DNA of 25,033 bases from a bacterium. Its GTDB lineage: Bacteria > UBA6262 > WVXT01. The notes below the pieces were generated by a model that was given only the letters and a program-made list of their open reading frames with translations, did no database searches and was not told where the DNA came from. Location of the stretch: positions 1 to 25,033 of the forward strand of contig JBHIBS010000023.1 in assembly GCA_046759165.1 (NCBI GenBank), read 5' to 3'. Positions 10,131-18,582 of this stretch are shown here, one piece after another. How positions within the stretch are numbered: position 1 is the stretch's first letter; every line of letters begins with the position of its first letter. Made by a program: the position numbers and the translations under genes.

Positions 10131-11003
10131 TCAGAAAGGCTCACTGAGCAAACCATATAGTTCCGGTCGGCGGTCTCTAAAGACGGGCGAGACGGCTCTC
10201 ATCTCAAGCAGGTGGTCATTACTAAATTCCGCAAAAAGAACTTCTTCTTCCCCCTCCTTCTCTGCATAGGCAAGAATCTCTCCGTCAGGTCCGGCTATGG
10301 CACTATGCCCATCGAAATCATGCCGACTATATTTGCCCACTGGATTGCATGCCATTGCGTAGACCCTGTTTGATATTGCATGCATCATCGAGAAGCATCG
10401 GAAGCGAGTGGGTATATAGGTCACTCTCTTGTGAGGAGAGGTTGGCTTTCCCCATGAATAATTGGAGCAAAGAATTTCCATGCCTTTCAAAGCCAATATT
10501 CGTGGTAGTTCGGGAAATAGGTTATCCCAGCACACGGTCATTCCGATGTTACCGATCTCCGTATGGTAAACTTCCAATGTATTACCTGGGTAGAAGTAGT
10601 GTTTTTCCTCATCAGGAATATGCAATTTGTGATGGATGCCCAGTATCTCTCCTCGAGGCCCGATCAACACTGATGAATTGTATATGGTGCCTGGTATCCG
10701 AGGATGAAGCTGAGCTAATCCCACCACAATGTGAGTTTGGTGTTTTTTAGCCAGCTTAGCGACAATATTGGTGGTATAGCCGGGAATCGGCTCTGCACAC
10801 TTCAGGAACTCCCGGCCGAAATCCTGGTCCATCGGCTGGACGTATCCCGTGTTGGCAAGTTCGGGAAAGAGTATCAGGTCTGCCGCCCGGTTATCAAAAA
10901 TATTCTCAATAAATTCCTTGATTTTAGAGGCGTTCTTCTTTGGCTGTAGACTGGCCACCTCCATTTGAACCAAGGATGTTTTAACTTTATCTTTCATTTC
11001 CAT
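10131..11003 (-). CDS. Carbon-nitrogen hydrolase (nitrilase superfamily)
   Basis: Glu-Lys-Cys triad motifs FPEL, HKLHIP, VCWD; C-terminal RDRRPELY. Confidence 0.9.
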   Translation of the reverse strand: MEMKDKVKTSLVQMEVASLQPKKNASKIKEFIENIFDNRAADLILFPELANTGYVQPMDQDFGREFLKCAEPIPGYTTNIVAKLAKKHQTHIVVGLAQLHPRIPGTIYNSSVLIGPRGEILGIHHKLHIPDEEKHYFYPGNTLEVYHTEIGNIGMTVCWDNLFPELPRILALKGMEILCSNYSWGKPTSPHKRVTYIPTRFRCFSMMHAISNRVYAMACNPVGKYSRHDFDGHSAIAGPDGEILAYAEKEGEEEVLFAEFSNDHLLEMRAVSPVFRDRRPELYGLLSEPF

Positions 11004-11010
11004 TACCTCT

Positions 11011-11919
11011 CTATTTCTGCTTGTGTTTGGCTAAATATCTGAAGGCACTAAGTGCCGCTTTAGCCCCTTCACCGGCTGCTACTATAATCTGTTTTTCAGC
11101 CACATCAGTAACATCACCTGCGGCAAAGATGGCCGGCATATTGGTCTCGTTGTGACAGTTTACCTTGATTTCACCCAGTTCATTCTTTTCTAACTGTTTA
11201 GCAAATTCAGAATTAGGAATAAGACCGATTTCTACAAAAACTCCTTGCACAGCCAGCGTTTCTTCCCTTTCTTGTCTTTTTATCTTAATTCCACTTACCA
11301 TCCTATCTCCAAGGACAGCGGTTACCCGTGTGCTGTTTAAGATAGAGACCTTTTTACTCTCACTGACTTTTCCCCTCATTATCGCATCTCCAGTGAGGGC
11401 TGAGGTGATATTGATAAGATAGATATGTTTGGCTATCTTTATCAATTGTAGCGCTGCATCCAAAGCAGAGTTCCCTCCACCAATAACTGCCACATCCTTT
11501 CCAGCAAATAAAGGACCATCGCAAGTAGCACAGTAAGTGAGGCCTCTATTTTTAAATCCTTTTTCCCCCGGCACACCAAGTTCCCTTGACCTCTTGCCAG
11601 AGGCAACTACCGCTGTTTTCGCTTCGTAGGTACCTTTGTCAGTCTTAACCCAGACTCCGTCGTCTTTTCTTCTGAGTTCTATTACTTCTTCATTCTCTCT
11701 TAACTCGATGCCATATTTTTGCATATGCTCCTCAAACTTACCTGCCAGCTCAGGGCCGGTGATGAACTGATAGCCAGTGTAATTCTCTATGTCTCCACTC
11801 AATGCCGCCTGCCCCCCGATATCTTTGGTAATAACTAAAAGGTTCATTTTCTTTCTGGCAGCGTAGACGCTGGCTGTTATACCTGCTGGTCCTGCCCCTA
11901 CAATAATTAAATCGAACAT
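11011..11919 (-). CDS. trxB: Thioredoxin-disulfide reductase (TrxB/AhpF C-terminal-like)
   Basis: GAGPAG FAD motif, CATC active site, GGGNSA NAD(P)H motif, FAAGD. Confidence 0.9.
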   Translation of the reverse strand: MFDLIIVGAGPAGITASVYAARKKMNLLVITKDIGGQAALSGDIENYTGYQFITGPELAGKFEEHMQKYGIELRENEEVIELRRKDDGVWVKTDKGTYEAKTAVVASGKRSRELGVPGEKGFKNRGLTYCATCDGPLFAGKDVAVIGGGNSALDAALQLIKIAKHIYLINITSALTGDAIMRGKVSESKKVSILNSTRVTAVLGDRMVSGIKIKRQEREETLAVQGVFVEIGLIPNSEFAKQLEKNELGEIKVNCHNETNMPAIFAAGDVTDVAEKQIIVAAGEGAKAALSAFRYLAKHKQK

Positions 11920-11941
11920 TTTCCTATTATCTCTAATGGGG

Positions 11942-12181
11942 TTATAACCCCAATGCCTTTCTTATCCTCTCTTTGTCAAAACCCACTATAATTTCGCCTT
12001 CAATATCTATTACAGGCACAGCCATTTGCGCCGATTTCTGAACCATCTCTTGGGCTTTTTCCCGGTCACTAGAGACATCGATATCCTCAAAATCAATCTT
12101 GTTGTCCCTTAGGAAATTCTTGGCCATCATGCAAAACGGGCAAGTGGGGGTACTGTAGACTATGACTTTTTTGTCCACCAT
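11942..12181 (-). CDS. Glutaredoxin-like protein (NrdH/YruB type)
   Basis: CPFC active site, VPVI cis-Pro motif, IVGFD; ATG 12181 preceded by GAGGTG. Confidence 0.9.
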   Translation of the reverse strand: MVDKKVIVYSTPTCPFCMMAKNFLRDNKIDFEDIDVSSDREKAQEMVQKSAQMAVPVIDIEGEIIVGFDKERIRKALGL

Positions 12182-12197
12182 AGTCACCTCTTTTAGA

Positions 12198-12674
12198 TTA
12201 CAGGGTCTCCTTTAAATCGAACAACTGTCTTAGATGGTTTTGCTCTTCTAAAATAAGCTGATTAACTATTTTGTGGTCATATTCTGGCACTACCTTCTTC
12301 ATCCCTTCATAGAAAAGGATCGAATCTTTCTCAAATCCTATACCGAGATCGATAGCTTCTTTATCGCTTCTTATTCTTTTGGCTATTTCCTCGCCTTTAT
12401 CCTTCTGGGTAAATACATAGGCCCTTGCCAGCGCATTCATATATGCAAAATATTCCCCGGGATACGACTCTGGCGGTACATATTTGTGCACCGAATCTAA
12501 TATCTTTTGAAAAACAGTTATGTGTTTTTCTTCTTCGCCTGCCAAATATTTGAACGTGTCTTTAGCTTTTTGATTTTTTGATTGCTTAGCCAACGTGTTG
12601 TAGAAATCTCTACCATTCTTTTCAATTTGAATTCCCAATTCCACTATTTCGCTTCCTGCAAATATGTTTACCAT
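12198..12674 (-). CDS. Ferritin-like (rubrerythrin-family) diiron protein without rubredoxin domain
   Basis: Paired E...EEKH and E...EEQNH diiron motifs; AAGGAGG RBS. Confidence 0.85.
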   Translation of the reverse strand: MVNIFAGSEIVELGIQIEKNGRDFYNTLAKQSKNQKAKDTFKYLAGEEEKHITVFQKILDSVHKYVPPESYPGEYFAYMNALARAYVFTQKDKGEEIAKRIRSDKEAIDLGIGFEKDSILFYEGMKKVVPEYDHKIVNQLILEEQNHLRQLFDLKETL

Positions 12675-12706
12675 CTCTTCCCTCCTTCAACAACCCAACA
12701 CTAATT

Positions 12707-12847
12707 TTATTGAAAAGACTTGTGAGTAAACCCAAGAGTGTGATCAATGAAATGCCCTGTGCTTCTGGCTCCTTCCAGAACCTTATCCAGTAGAATATCT
12801 GTATTGCCACCTATTCGCGGGCTACCATTTATCCCTAATACTTTCAC
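12707..12847 (-). pseudogene. Truncated flavodoxin-family (iron-sulfur flavoprotein/FMN reductase) gene
   Basis: Hand translation from GTG 12847: MKVLGINGSPRIGGNTDILLDKVLEGARSTG then unrelated residues and stop after 46 aa; GSPRxxGNT is the FMN-phosphate loop of this family. Confidence 0.8.
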
Positions 12848-12850
12848 TTC

Positions 12851-12976
12851 TTAACCTTCTATTTTTTCCATGGGTTGCCCGCAACAAACAAGTTCACCAC
12901 CGCCCACTTTTGTTACAGTGACTTCATTACCACATACATTACATCTATACTTTTCCCCTACTTTTTCTACGGCCAT
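12851..12976 (-). CDS. Desulforedoxin (stand-alone FeS4 domain)
   Basis: Not in ORF track. [41 protein letters not shown] (41 aa), CxxC...CC motif, GAGGAG RBS. Confidence 0.92.
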   Translation of the reverse strand: MAVEKVGEKYRCNVCGNEVTVTKVGGGELVCCGQPMEKIEG

Positions 12977-13033
12977 ATGATATCTCCTCTCATAATCTCA
13001 ATTATTATATTTTTGATTATATCCCCCATCACT

Positions 13034-13678
13034 CTAGTGTATTAAATTCTTCAAATTCATTATATCGTCTATAATAAAATCTGGCTTTGCCTTGATTATA
13101 TCCTCCTTCTTGCCTATTCCATAAGTAACGCCACATGTAATTATACCAGCCCTCTTACCGGCTACTATATCTAAATCCATATCACCGACTATTATAGCTT
13201 CTTCTTTATTTGCATTAAGCCTGTGCATTGACATATCTAAAGGACATGAAGAAGGTTTCATACAACCTATGTCATCTCCTCCTACAATGTCTTCGAAATA
13301 ATCATATATACCTAACGTCTTTAGTGTAAGCAGAGCAAATTCATAATTTCTATTAGTTACAATCACCTTTTTCTTACCCTTAAAATATTCCAAAATTTCC
13401 TTCACGTTTGGGTAGAGAACAGAATTATCTGTGGAATGTTTTTTATAGTATTCTTCAAACGCGGATAGGGCTTTCTTAAGAAGAACTTCCTCCTTGTTAC
13501 CTAACGATTTTCTTATCAAGCCCTCTACACCTGTGCCTATATAAGAACTTATTTCTGATATACTTTTCTCTTTAAGCCCAATTTTTTTCAAAGTAAAATT
13601 AACAGCATTGGCTATGTCATCTCTTGAGTCAACCAGTGTGCCATCTAAATCAAAAATAATAAGGTCTATGTATTTCAT
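13034..13678 (-). CDS. HAD-family phosphatase (Gph/PpaX-like)
   Basis: FDLDGTLVDS motif I, VTN motif II, KP motif III, GDxxxD motif IV. Confidence 0.9.
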   Translation of the reverse strand: MKYIDLIIFDLDGTLVDSRDDIANAVNFTLKKIGLKEKSISEISSYIGTGVEGLIRKSLGNKEEVLLKKALSAFEEYYKKHSTDNSVLYPNVKEILEYFKGKKKVIVTNRNYEFALLTLKTLGIYDYFEDIVGGDDIGCMKPSSCPLDMSMHRLNANKEEAIIVGDMDLDIVAGKRAGIITCGVTYGIGKKEDIIKAKPDFIIDDIMNLKNLIH

Positions 13679-13684
13679 CCGTTA

Positions 13685-14398
13685 TCAATATCCTACAAAA
13701 TTTTCTATTTTGATTTTATCTTTTTGAATTCTTAATTTACTTTTTAGAATATTTATTAAACTCTCTACCATCCCTGGAGGTCCACAGATATAAAAGGTTC
13801 TTTCTATATAATCCGGTATCTCTTCTTTTATCACGGTATCATCTATATAGCCCGTTCTGCCTTTCCAAGTTTTTCTATCTATATCTGGGGAGGTTAAGGT
13901 GTAGACTATCCGCAGATTCTTATTGACTGACTGCATATTATCTAAGTCCTGTCTGAATATAATATCTTCTTCTCTGTTATTGCCATACAGTAACACCATG
14001 TCTGGTGGCAACATCGAGTCTGTGGCAAACTTGCATATGCTCCTTATGGGAGTTATGCCAATGCCCCCTGAAAGAAAGGCAATTTTTTCATACTCACCTT
14101 CAAATGTGAAAGACCCATACGGCATCTTCAATTTTGCCCAATCGCCAAGTTTTAATCCATTTAAGGCCTTTGAAAATTCACTTTCAGTAATTCTTTTGGT
14201 AAATTCTACATATCCTTTCTCAGTGGGTGAGTTTGAAAAAGAAAAATGTTTTGTCCTCTCTGTCCCGTCAATCTTTATTGTAACAAAAAAGAATTGCCCC
14301 GGTTTAAAATCCACATCTCCTTTTATGCTAAACCGGAAGCTCTTGACGTTATGGGTTCTTTGTACTATATCTATTACCTCTGTTTCAAATTCAATCAT
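13685..14398 (-). CDS. FAD/NAD(P)H-dependent oxidoreductase, FNR-like fold
   Basis: FKPGQF, HFSFSNSP, GGIGITP, YICGPPGM, terminal ENF. Confidence 0.88.
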   Translation of the reverse strand: MIEFETEVIDIVQRTHNVKSFRFSIKGDVDFKPGQFFFVTIKIDGTERTKHFSFSNSPTEKGYVEFTKRITESEFSKALNGLKLGDWAKLKMPYGSFTFEGEYEKIAFLSGGIGITPIRSICKFATDSMLPPDMVLLYGNNREEDIIFRQDLDNMQSVNKNLRIVYTLTSPDIDRKTWKGRTGYIDDTVIKEEIPDYIERTFYICGPPGMVESLINILKSKLRIQKDKIKIENFVGY

Positions 14399-14403
14399 TA
14401 TCT

Positions 14404-14913
14404 CTACTCGGTTAGTATTATATGGTCTGACTCTATCTCCGTTAAGGCTTTAAAGGACTCCTTTATTTCTTTCTCCGGGACTCGATTTCTTGCTTCTGTG
14501 TAGAATTTTACTGCCCTTTTTTCTCTCCTGTTGGCCTCTTCTATATTCGCTCGATCAGAATCAACTGCTTTATCCAATCCTACTTTTGAATCTGACTTCT
14601 CTATGTTTAGATGTTTGCATATCGCTGAGGCGTGTTCTCTCTCCACCTTTGATAAACCTTTAAACATACTTGAAACATAGACGTCTTTGCTTTTCTCAAA
14701 TATGGCTTTATAAAAATTTGTATTATCTATCTCCAGTTCCAACGCCTTCCTCAAATTCCTCTTACTTATGTCTGACAAAGATTCACTCTGTATCAATTTC
14801 CATTCTTTTGCTAAGACAAAATAATTCTCATGAGCGCCACAAAAAGGACAACTCTTGGGCTTCTCTTTTCCTATATAGACCTCTCCACAAATCCGGCAGC
14901 GATATACTTTCAT
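14404..14913 (-). CDS. Reverse-rubrerythrin-like protein (rubredoxin domain + ferritin-like domain)
   Basis: CRICG...CPFCG followed by E..EREH and E..ESDH; ATG 14913 has AAGGAG RBS 8 nt upstream. Confidence 0.85.
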   Translation of the reverse strand: MKVYRCRICGEVYIGKEKPKSCPFCGAHENYFVLAKEWKLIQSESLSDISKRNLRKALELEIDNTNFYKAIFEKSKDVYVSSMFKGLSKVEREHASAICKHLNIEKSDSKVGLDKAVDSDRANIEEANRREKRAVKFYTEARNRVPEKEIKESFKALTEIESDHIILTE

Positions 14914-14996
14914 ATCGTTCACTCCTTTCTAATATTTGTCATCTGTCCATTCGACAAGTTGCATATAAAGCTGACAAGTTATGTCTTCATTTCAAC

Positions 14997-15575
14997 TCAG
15001 TAATTTTCGCAAAGAAGCTCGTAGAATCCTTGGGGATGGGCACACGCTGGACATTCTTCGGGTGCTTCTTTTCCCTCATGGACATACCCACAATTCCGAC
15101 ATTTCCATTTAACCACCGTATCCTTTTTGAATACCTTACCCTCTTTTACATTCTTAAGCAACTTTCTATATCGTATTTCATGCTGTTCTTCTACTTCTGC
15201 TATTTCCTTAAATTGACGGGCTGTCTCTTCAAAGCCTTCCTGGCGCGCTACTTCTTCTGCCTCTTTGTAAAGTTTTGTCCATTCAAGGTTCTCTCCGGCT
15301 GCAGCTGCTTTCAGATTTGCTGCTGTGTCTTCTATCACGCCAGCTGGATAGGAGGCTGTAATTTCTACATCTCCGCCTTCTAAGAGTATAAAAAACCTCT
15401 TGGCGTGCTCTTTTTCATTATCAGCAGTCTCTAAAAATATTGCCGCTATCTGCTCATAGCCCGCCTTTCTTGCCACACTTGCAAAATAAGTATAGCGATT
15501 TCTTGCCTGCGATTCTCCGGCAAAAGATGCCAACAGATTCTTTTCCGTTTTGGTTCCTTTTATAGACTTTCCCAT
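14997..15575 (-). CDS. rbr: Rubrerythrin
   Basis: AGESQARNRY, EKEH, EEQHE diiron motifs and C-terminal CRNCG...CPAC. Confidence 0.96.
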   Translation of the reverse strand: MGKSIKGTKTEKNLLASFAGESQARNRYTYFASVARKAGYEQIAAIFLETADNEKEHAKRFFILLEGGDVEITASYPAGVIEDTAANLKAAAAGENLEWTKLYKEAEEVARQEGFEETARQFKEIAEVEEQHEIRYRKLLKNVKEGKVFKKDTVVKWKCRNCGYVHEGKEAPEECPACAHPQGFYELLCENY

Positions 15576-15604
15576 GATTCAACCTCCTTCCAGGAGACTT
15601 AGAC

Positions 15605-16195
15605 TTAGGAAAATGGTAACTTCTCAAAAGTCATTTTTTCAGCACCGCGACTGACCATTTCTTCTATAGCCTCTTCAGAATCTTTCGGCTTTATATTAAC
15701 GCCTTTAATAGCATCTATTAATAATTTAACTTTAAAGCCAAATTTTAAAGCATCCAAAACTGACGATTTAACGCAATAATCCGTAGCCAGACCGCCAACG
15801 AACGTTTCGTTTACTCCGAGAGTCTTCAATAGTTTGAAAAATTCAGTTCCATTGGAATCAACGGCTTGAAAAGCTGAATAGCTGTCCTTATCAGGATCCA
15901 TCCCCTTGGATAAGATTATTATCCCCTTAGGCAATTCTAAATCTGGATGGAACCTGGCTCCCCTGGTATTCTGTATACAGTGCTTTGGCCAGGGACCACC
16001 GAACTGTTTAAAGTGCTTGGTCTCCTTGGGATGCCAATCTCTTGAGACAAAAATTGGCAACTTTTTCCTCAAGAAAATCTTTATATATTTATTCAGCACG
16101 GAGATTATTCTATCGCCTTCTGGTACAGCCAGGGCCCCACCTGGACAGAAATCGTTCTGCACATCTACTATCAAGAGTGCTTTTTCTTGTTTCAT
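15605..16195 (-). CDS. pncA: Nicotinamidase/pyrazinamidase
   Basis: VDVQNDF, DWHP, WPKHC, SKG, GLATDYCV; start placed at ATG 16195 (GAGGAG RBS). Confidence 0.92.
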   Translation of the reverse strand: MKQEKALLIVDVQNDFCPGGALAVPEGDRIISVLNKYIKIFLRKKLPIFVSRDWHPKETKHFKQFGGPWPKHCIQNTRGARFHPDLELPKGIIILSKGMDPDKDSYSAFQAVDSNGTEFFKLLKTLGVNETFVGGLATDYCVKSSVLDALKFGFKVKLLIDAIKGVNIKPKDSEEAIEEMVSRGAEKMTFEKLPFS

Positions 16196-16233
16196 GGCTC
16201 CTCGCCAATGCATTAAAGAACTAATTGGAGTAT

Positions 16234-16569
16234 TTATCCCCACTTACCCTTCCCTATATGGACTTCTATCTCAGCCTTAATGAATTGACTCAATAGTTTT
16301 GCCTCATCCCTTGCCCTCGTAAAAATAACTGAACACCCCGGGTCTAAATTATCCTGGATACCTGCCTCAGCAATAGAATGCATCTGGTCTAATACAGCTG
16401 CCAATCCCATATGGAGTTGATTTGTGCATCTTGCCCTATCAACAAGTTTTGCTTTATCATCTGTTAATCTTACAAACTTATCCTTTGTTGCGCCACAGCG
16501 AGGACATTTATCCGGCGCATTTTCACCGTCGAAGACGTAATTACATACACCACACTTAAACTTCATCAT
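16234..16569 (-). CDS. Rubredoxin-like domain protein with helical C-terminal domain
   Basis: CGVC...CPRC N-terminus; DNLDPGC and [14 protein letters not shown]-terminus; AGGAGG RBS. Confidence 0.8.
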   Translation of the reverse strand: MMKFKCGVCNYVFDGENAPDKCPRCGATKDKFVRLTDDKAKLVDRARCTNQLHMGLAAVLDQMHSIAEAGIQDNLDPGCSVIFTRARDEAKLLSQFIKAEIEVHIGKGKWG

Positions 16570-16628
16570 TTTTCGCCTCCTGTACCATTAAATCCTCAAA
16601 ACATCTCCATACTTTAGGTTCTATCTGT

Positions 16629-16787
16629 TCAAACCCTTTCAAACATATCCTTCCCCACACCACATTCAGGACAGACCCAACTGTCAGGCAAATCCTCAAA
16701 GGCTGTGCCAGGGTTTATCCCATTATCTGGATCGCCAATTTGGGGGTCATAGATATACCCGCAGACCGTGCAACGATATTTTGCCAT
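16629..16787 (-). CDS. Rubredoxin
   Basis: Not in ORF track. [52 protein letters not shown] (52 aa). Confidence 0.97.
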   Translation of the reverse strand: MAKYRCTVCGYIYDPQIGDPDNGINPGTAFEDLPDSWVCPECGVGKDMFERV

Positions 16788-16806
16788 ACTCTAAATTTTT
16801 GCTTTG

Positions 16807-17991
16807 CTATAGTTTTTTTACAAAATCTCTTCCATATTCATAGCACTGTTTGGTTTCATTTTCATCCGGAACATATCTAATAGCAAGGGATGACTGAACA
16901 ATTTCTATCCCTGCCTCCTTTAGGATATTTTCAATGCTCTTTACTGCTCCTCCCGCCCAGCCATATGAGCCAAATACACAAGCAACTCTATTCTTGGGTC
17001 TCAAGCCTTTTAGGAATCCTAAAAATCCAGCAATTGCAGGAAGCATATCATTATCATGGGTTGAGGAACCAATAATATAACCTTTACTATCGAGCATCTC
17101 TTTGATTACCTCGGTGCGCTCGGACAAGGCTATATCGAAGAGTTTTAGCTCAACTTGAGAATCGATTATCCCTTCAGCTATCTTTCTTGCCATCTTCTCG
17201 GTCGCGCCCCACATCGTCTCATAGACGACCACAACTTTTGGTTTTGTTTCGTTCTTCGCCCAGGATAGATATGCGTTTATTATTCTTTCAGGGTCTTTAC
17301 GCCAGATAATCCCATGACTGGGGGCAATCATCATCAGGGGAATATTTAACTTTTGAATCTCTTCGATCTTTTTCAAAACCAAGGAGCTGAACGGCCAAAG
17401 AATATTTCCATAATACTTTGCTGCCTCATCCATGAGCACAGATTCATCAACCTCGCCGTCAAACCTTTGTGAAGTTGCATAATGCTGGCCAAAGGCATCG
17501 TTCGGCAAAAGGATTTGGTCTTCAATTAGATAACTGAACATACTATCTGGCCAGTGAAGCATTGGGGCCTCAATAAATGTTAGAGTTCTCTTGCCTAATT
17601 TTAATTTGTCGCCTGTCTTTACTACTTGGAAATCCCAGTTGCCATAGTAATGTTTATACAGTCCCTCTTTACATTTTTCAGTGCCAAAAACTTTTGCCTT
17701 TGGGGAGAGTTTAAGTATTTCTGGAAGCGCTCCAGAGTGGTCTATTTCTATGTGGTTGGCAATAATATAGTTTATTTTTTCGGGTGGGATAATCTGGTGT
17801 ATATTCTCAATCATCTCCTCTGCATACCGCCCATAGACAGTGTCTACTAGAGCTATCTTATCATCCAAAATCAGATAGGCATTATAGGTAGTCCCTCTCC
17901 TTGTCTCATAGGTGTGGCCATGGAAGTTTCTCACATTCCAATCAATGACGCCTACCCAATAAATATCCGGAAGAATTTTTGCACTAGACAT
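16807..17991 (-). CDS. fprA: Flavodiiron protein (class A O2/NO reductase)
   Basis: HIEIDH, HWPD, NDAFG, PSHG diiron ligands and flavodoxin domain TMWGAT / FGSYGW. Confidence 0.95.
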   Translation of the reverse strand: MSSAKILPDIYWVGVIDWNVRNFHGHTYETRRGTTYNAYLILDDKIALVDTVYGRYAEEMIENIHQIIPPEKINYIIANHIEIDHSGALPEILKLSPKAKVFGTEKCKEGLYKHYYGNWDFQVVKTGDKLKLGKRTLTFIEAPMLHWPDSMFSYLIEDQILLPNDAFGQHYATSQRFDGEVDESVLMDEAAKYYGNILWPFSSLVLKKIEEIQKLNIPLMMIAPSHGIIWRKDPERIINAYLSWAKNETKPKVVVVYETMWGATEKMARKIAEGIIDSQVELKLFDIALSERTEVIKEMLDSKGYIIGSSTHDNDMLPAIAGFLGFLKGLRPKNRVACVFGSYGWAGGAVKSIENILKEAGIEIVQSSLAIRYVPDENETKQCYEYGRDFVKKL

Positions 17992-18049
17992 TGCATCTCT
18001 ATCCTTTCTAAATGCTTCTCTTTTTTTAATAATACTTTCCTTAAATTTT

Positions 18050-18526
18050 TTATTTTAACTTTTGAGCAATCCCGGTTACTCTCTTACCTAATTCTTTAGC
18101 AATCTTCAAGTCGGTTTCTGTTGGTGGTTGGTCTGCTAAGTGCCCCACTACAACTGTAGGCCCGTAAGGTGTTCCTCCTTTTTTGGTTTCTATCGCTTCT
18201 TTTACACTGTAAGGAATGCCTACAATTATTGCTCCATGATGGATTAAGGTAAACATCATAGAAATAAGGGTTGTTTCCTGCCCTCCGTGTAAGGATCCAG
18301 TGCAGCAGAATACGCCTGGGGGCTTGTTGACAAGAGTTCCTTTCTGCATCTCTTTTGCTTTCTTTATTCTCTCATTAGAATCAATAATACTTTGGTGGAG
18401 TAATTCCGGAACTGTATGTAAGATGGCTTCGCCTCCTTCTTCTTCGATACCCCGACAGACTCCCTTTGCCATCAAAAAAGTATTTCCAAGCATGCTTGTA
18501 AATAAAACCATAACTTTGGGCTTCAC
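18050..18526 (-). pseudogene. wrbA: WrbA-type NAD(P)H:quinone oxidoreductase with in-frame internal deletion
   Basis: SMLGNT, VPEL, HGGQETT, GGTPYG motifs present; central segment with G-T/S-P-T-R-F-G is absent (EMQK joins GTLVNK); 158 aa. Confidence 0.75.
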
Positions 18527-18582
18527 AACCTCTATCTCCTTTCCTTTATCTTACCGTCTATTGACGGGCATTGAAACTTATT

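Noticed and set aside
12622-12810. 62 aa - strand ORF
   Set aside because: Out-of-frame overlap with the flavodoxin stub and the ferritin-like gene; no motif.
14936-14985. GACAAGTT direct repeat and TTGTC/GACAA inverted repeat
   Set aside because: Short, no known consensus match, no associated promoter seen.
16585-16620. KVWRC-FEDL peptide resembling a collapsed rubredoxin remnant
   Set aside because: Too short to distinguish from chance.
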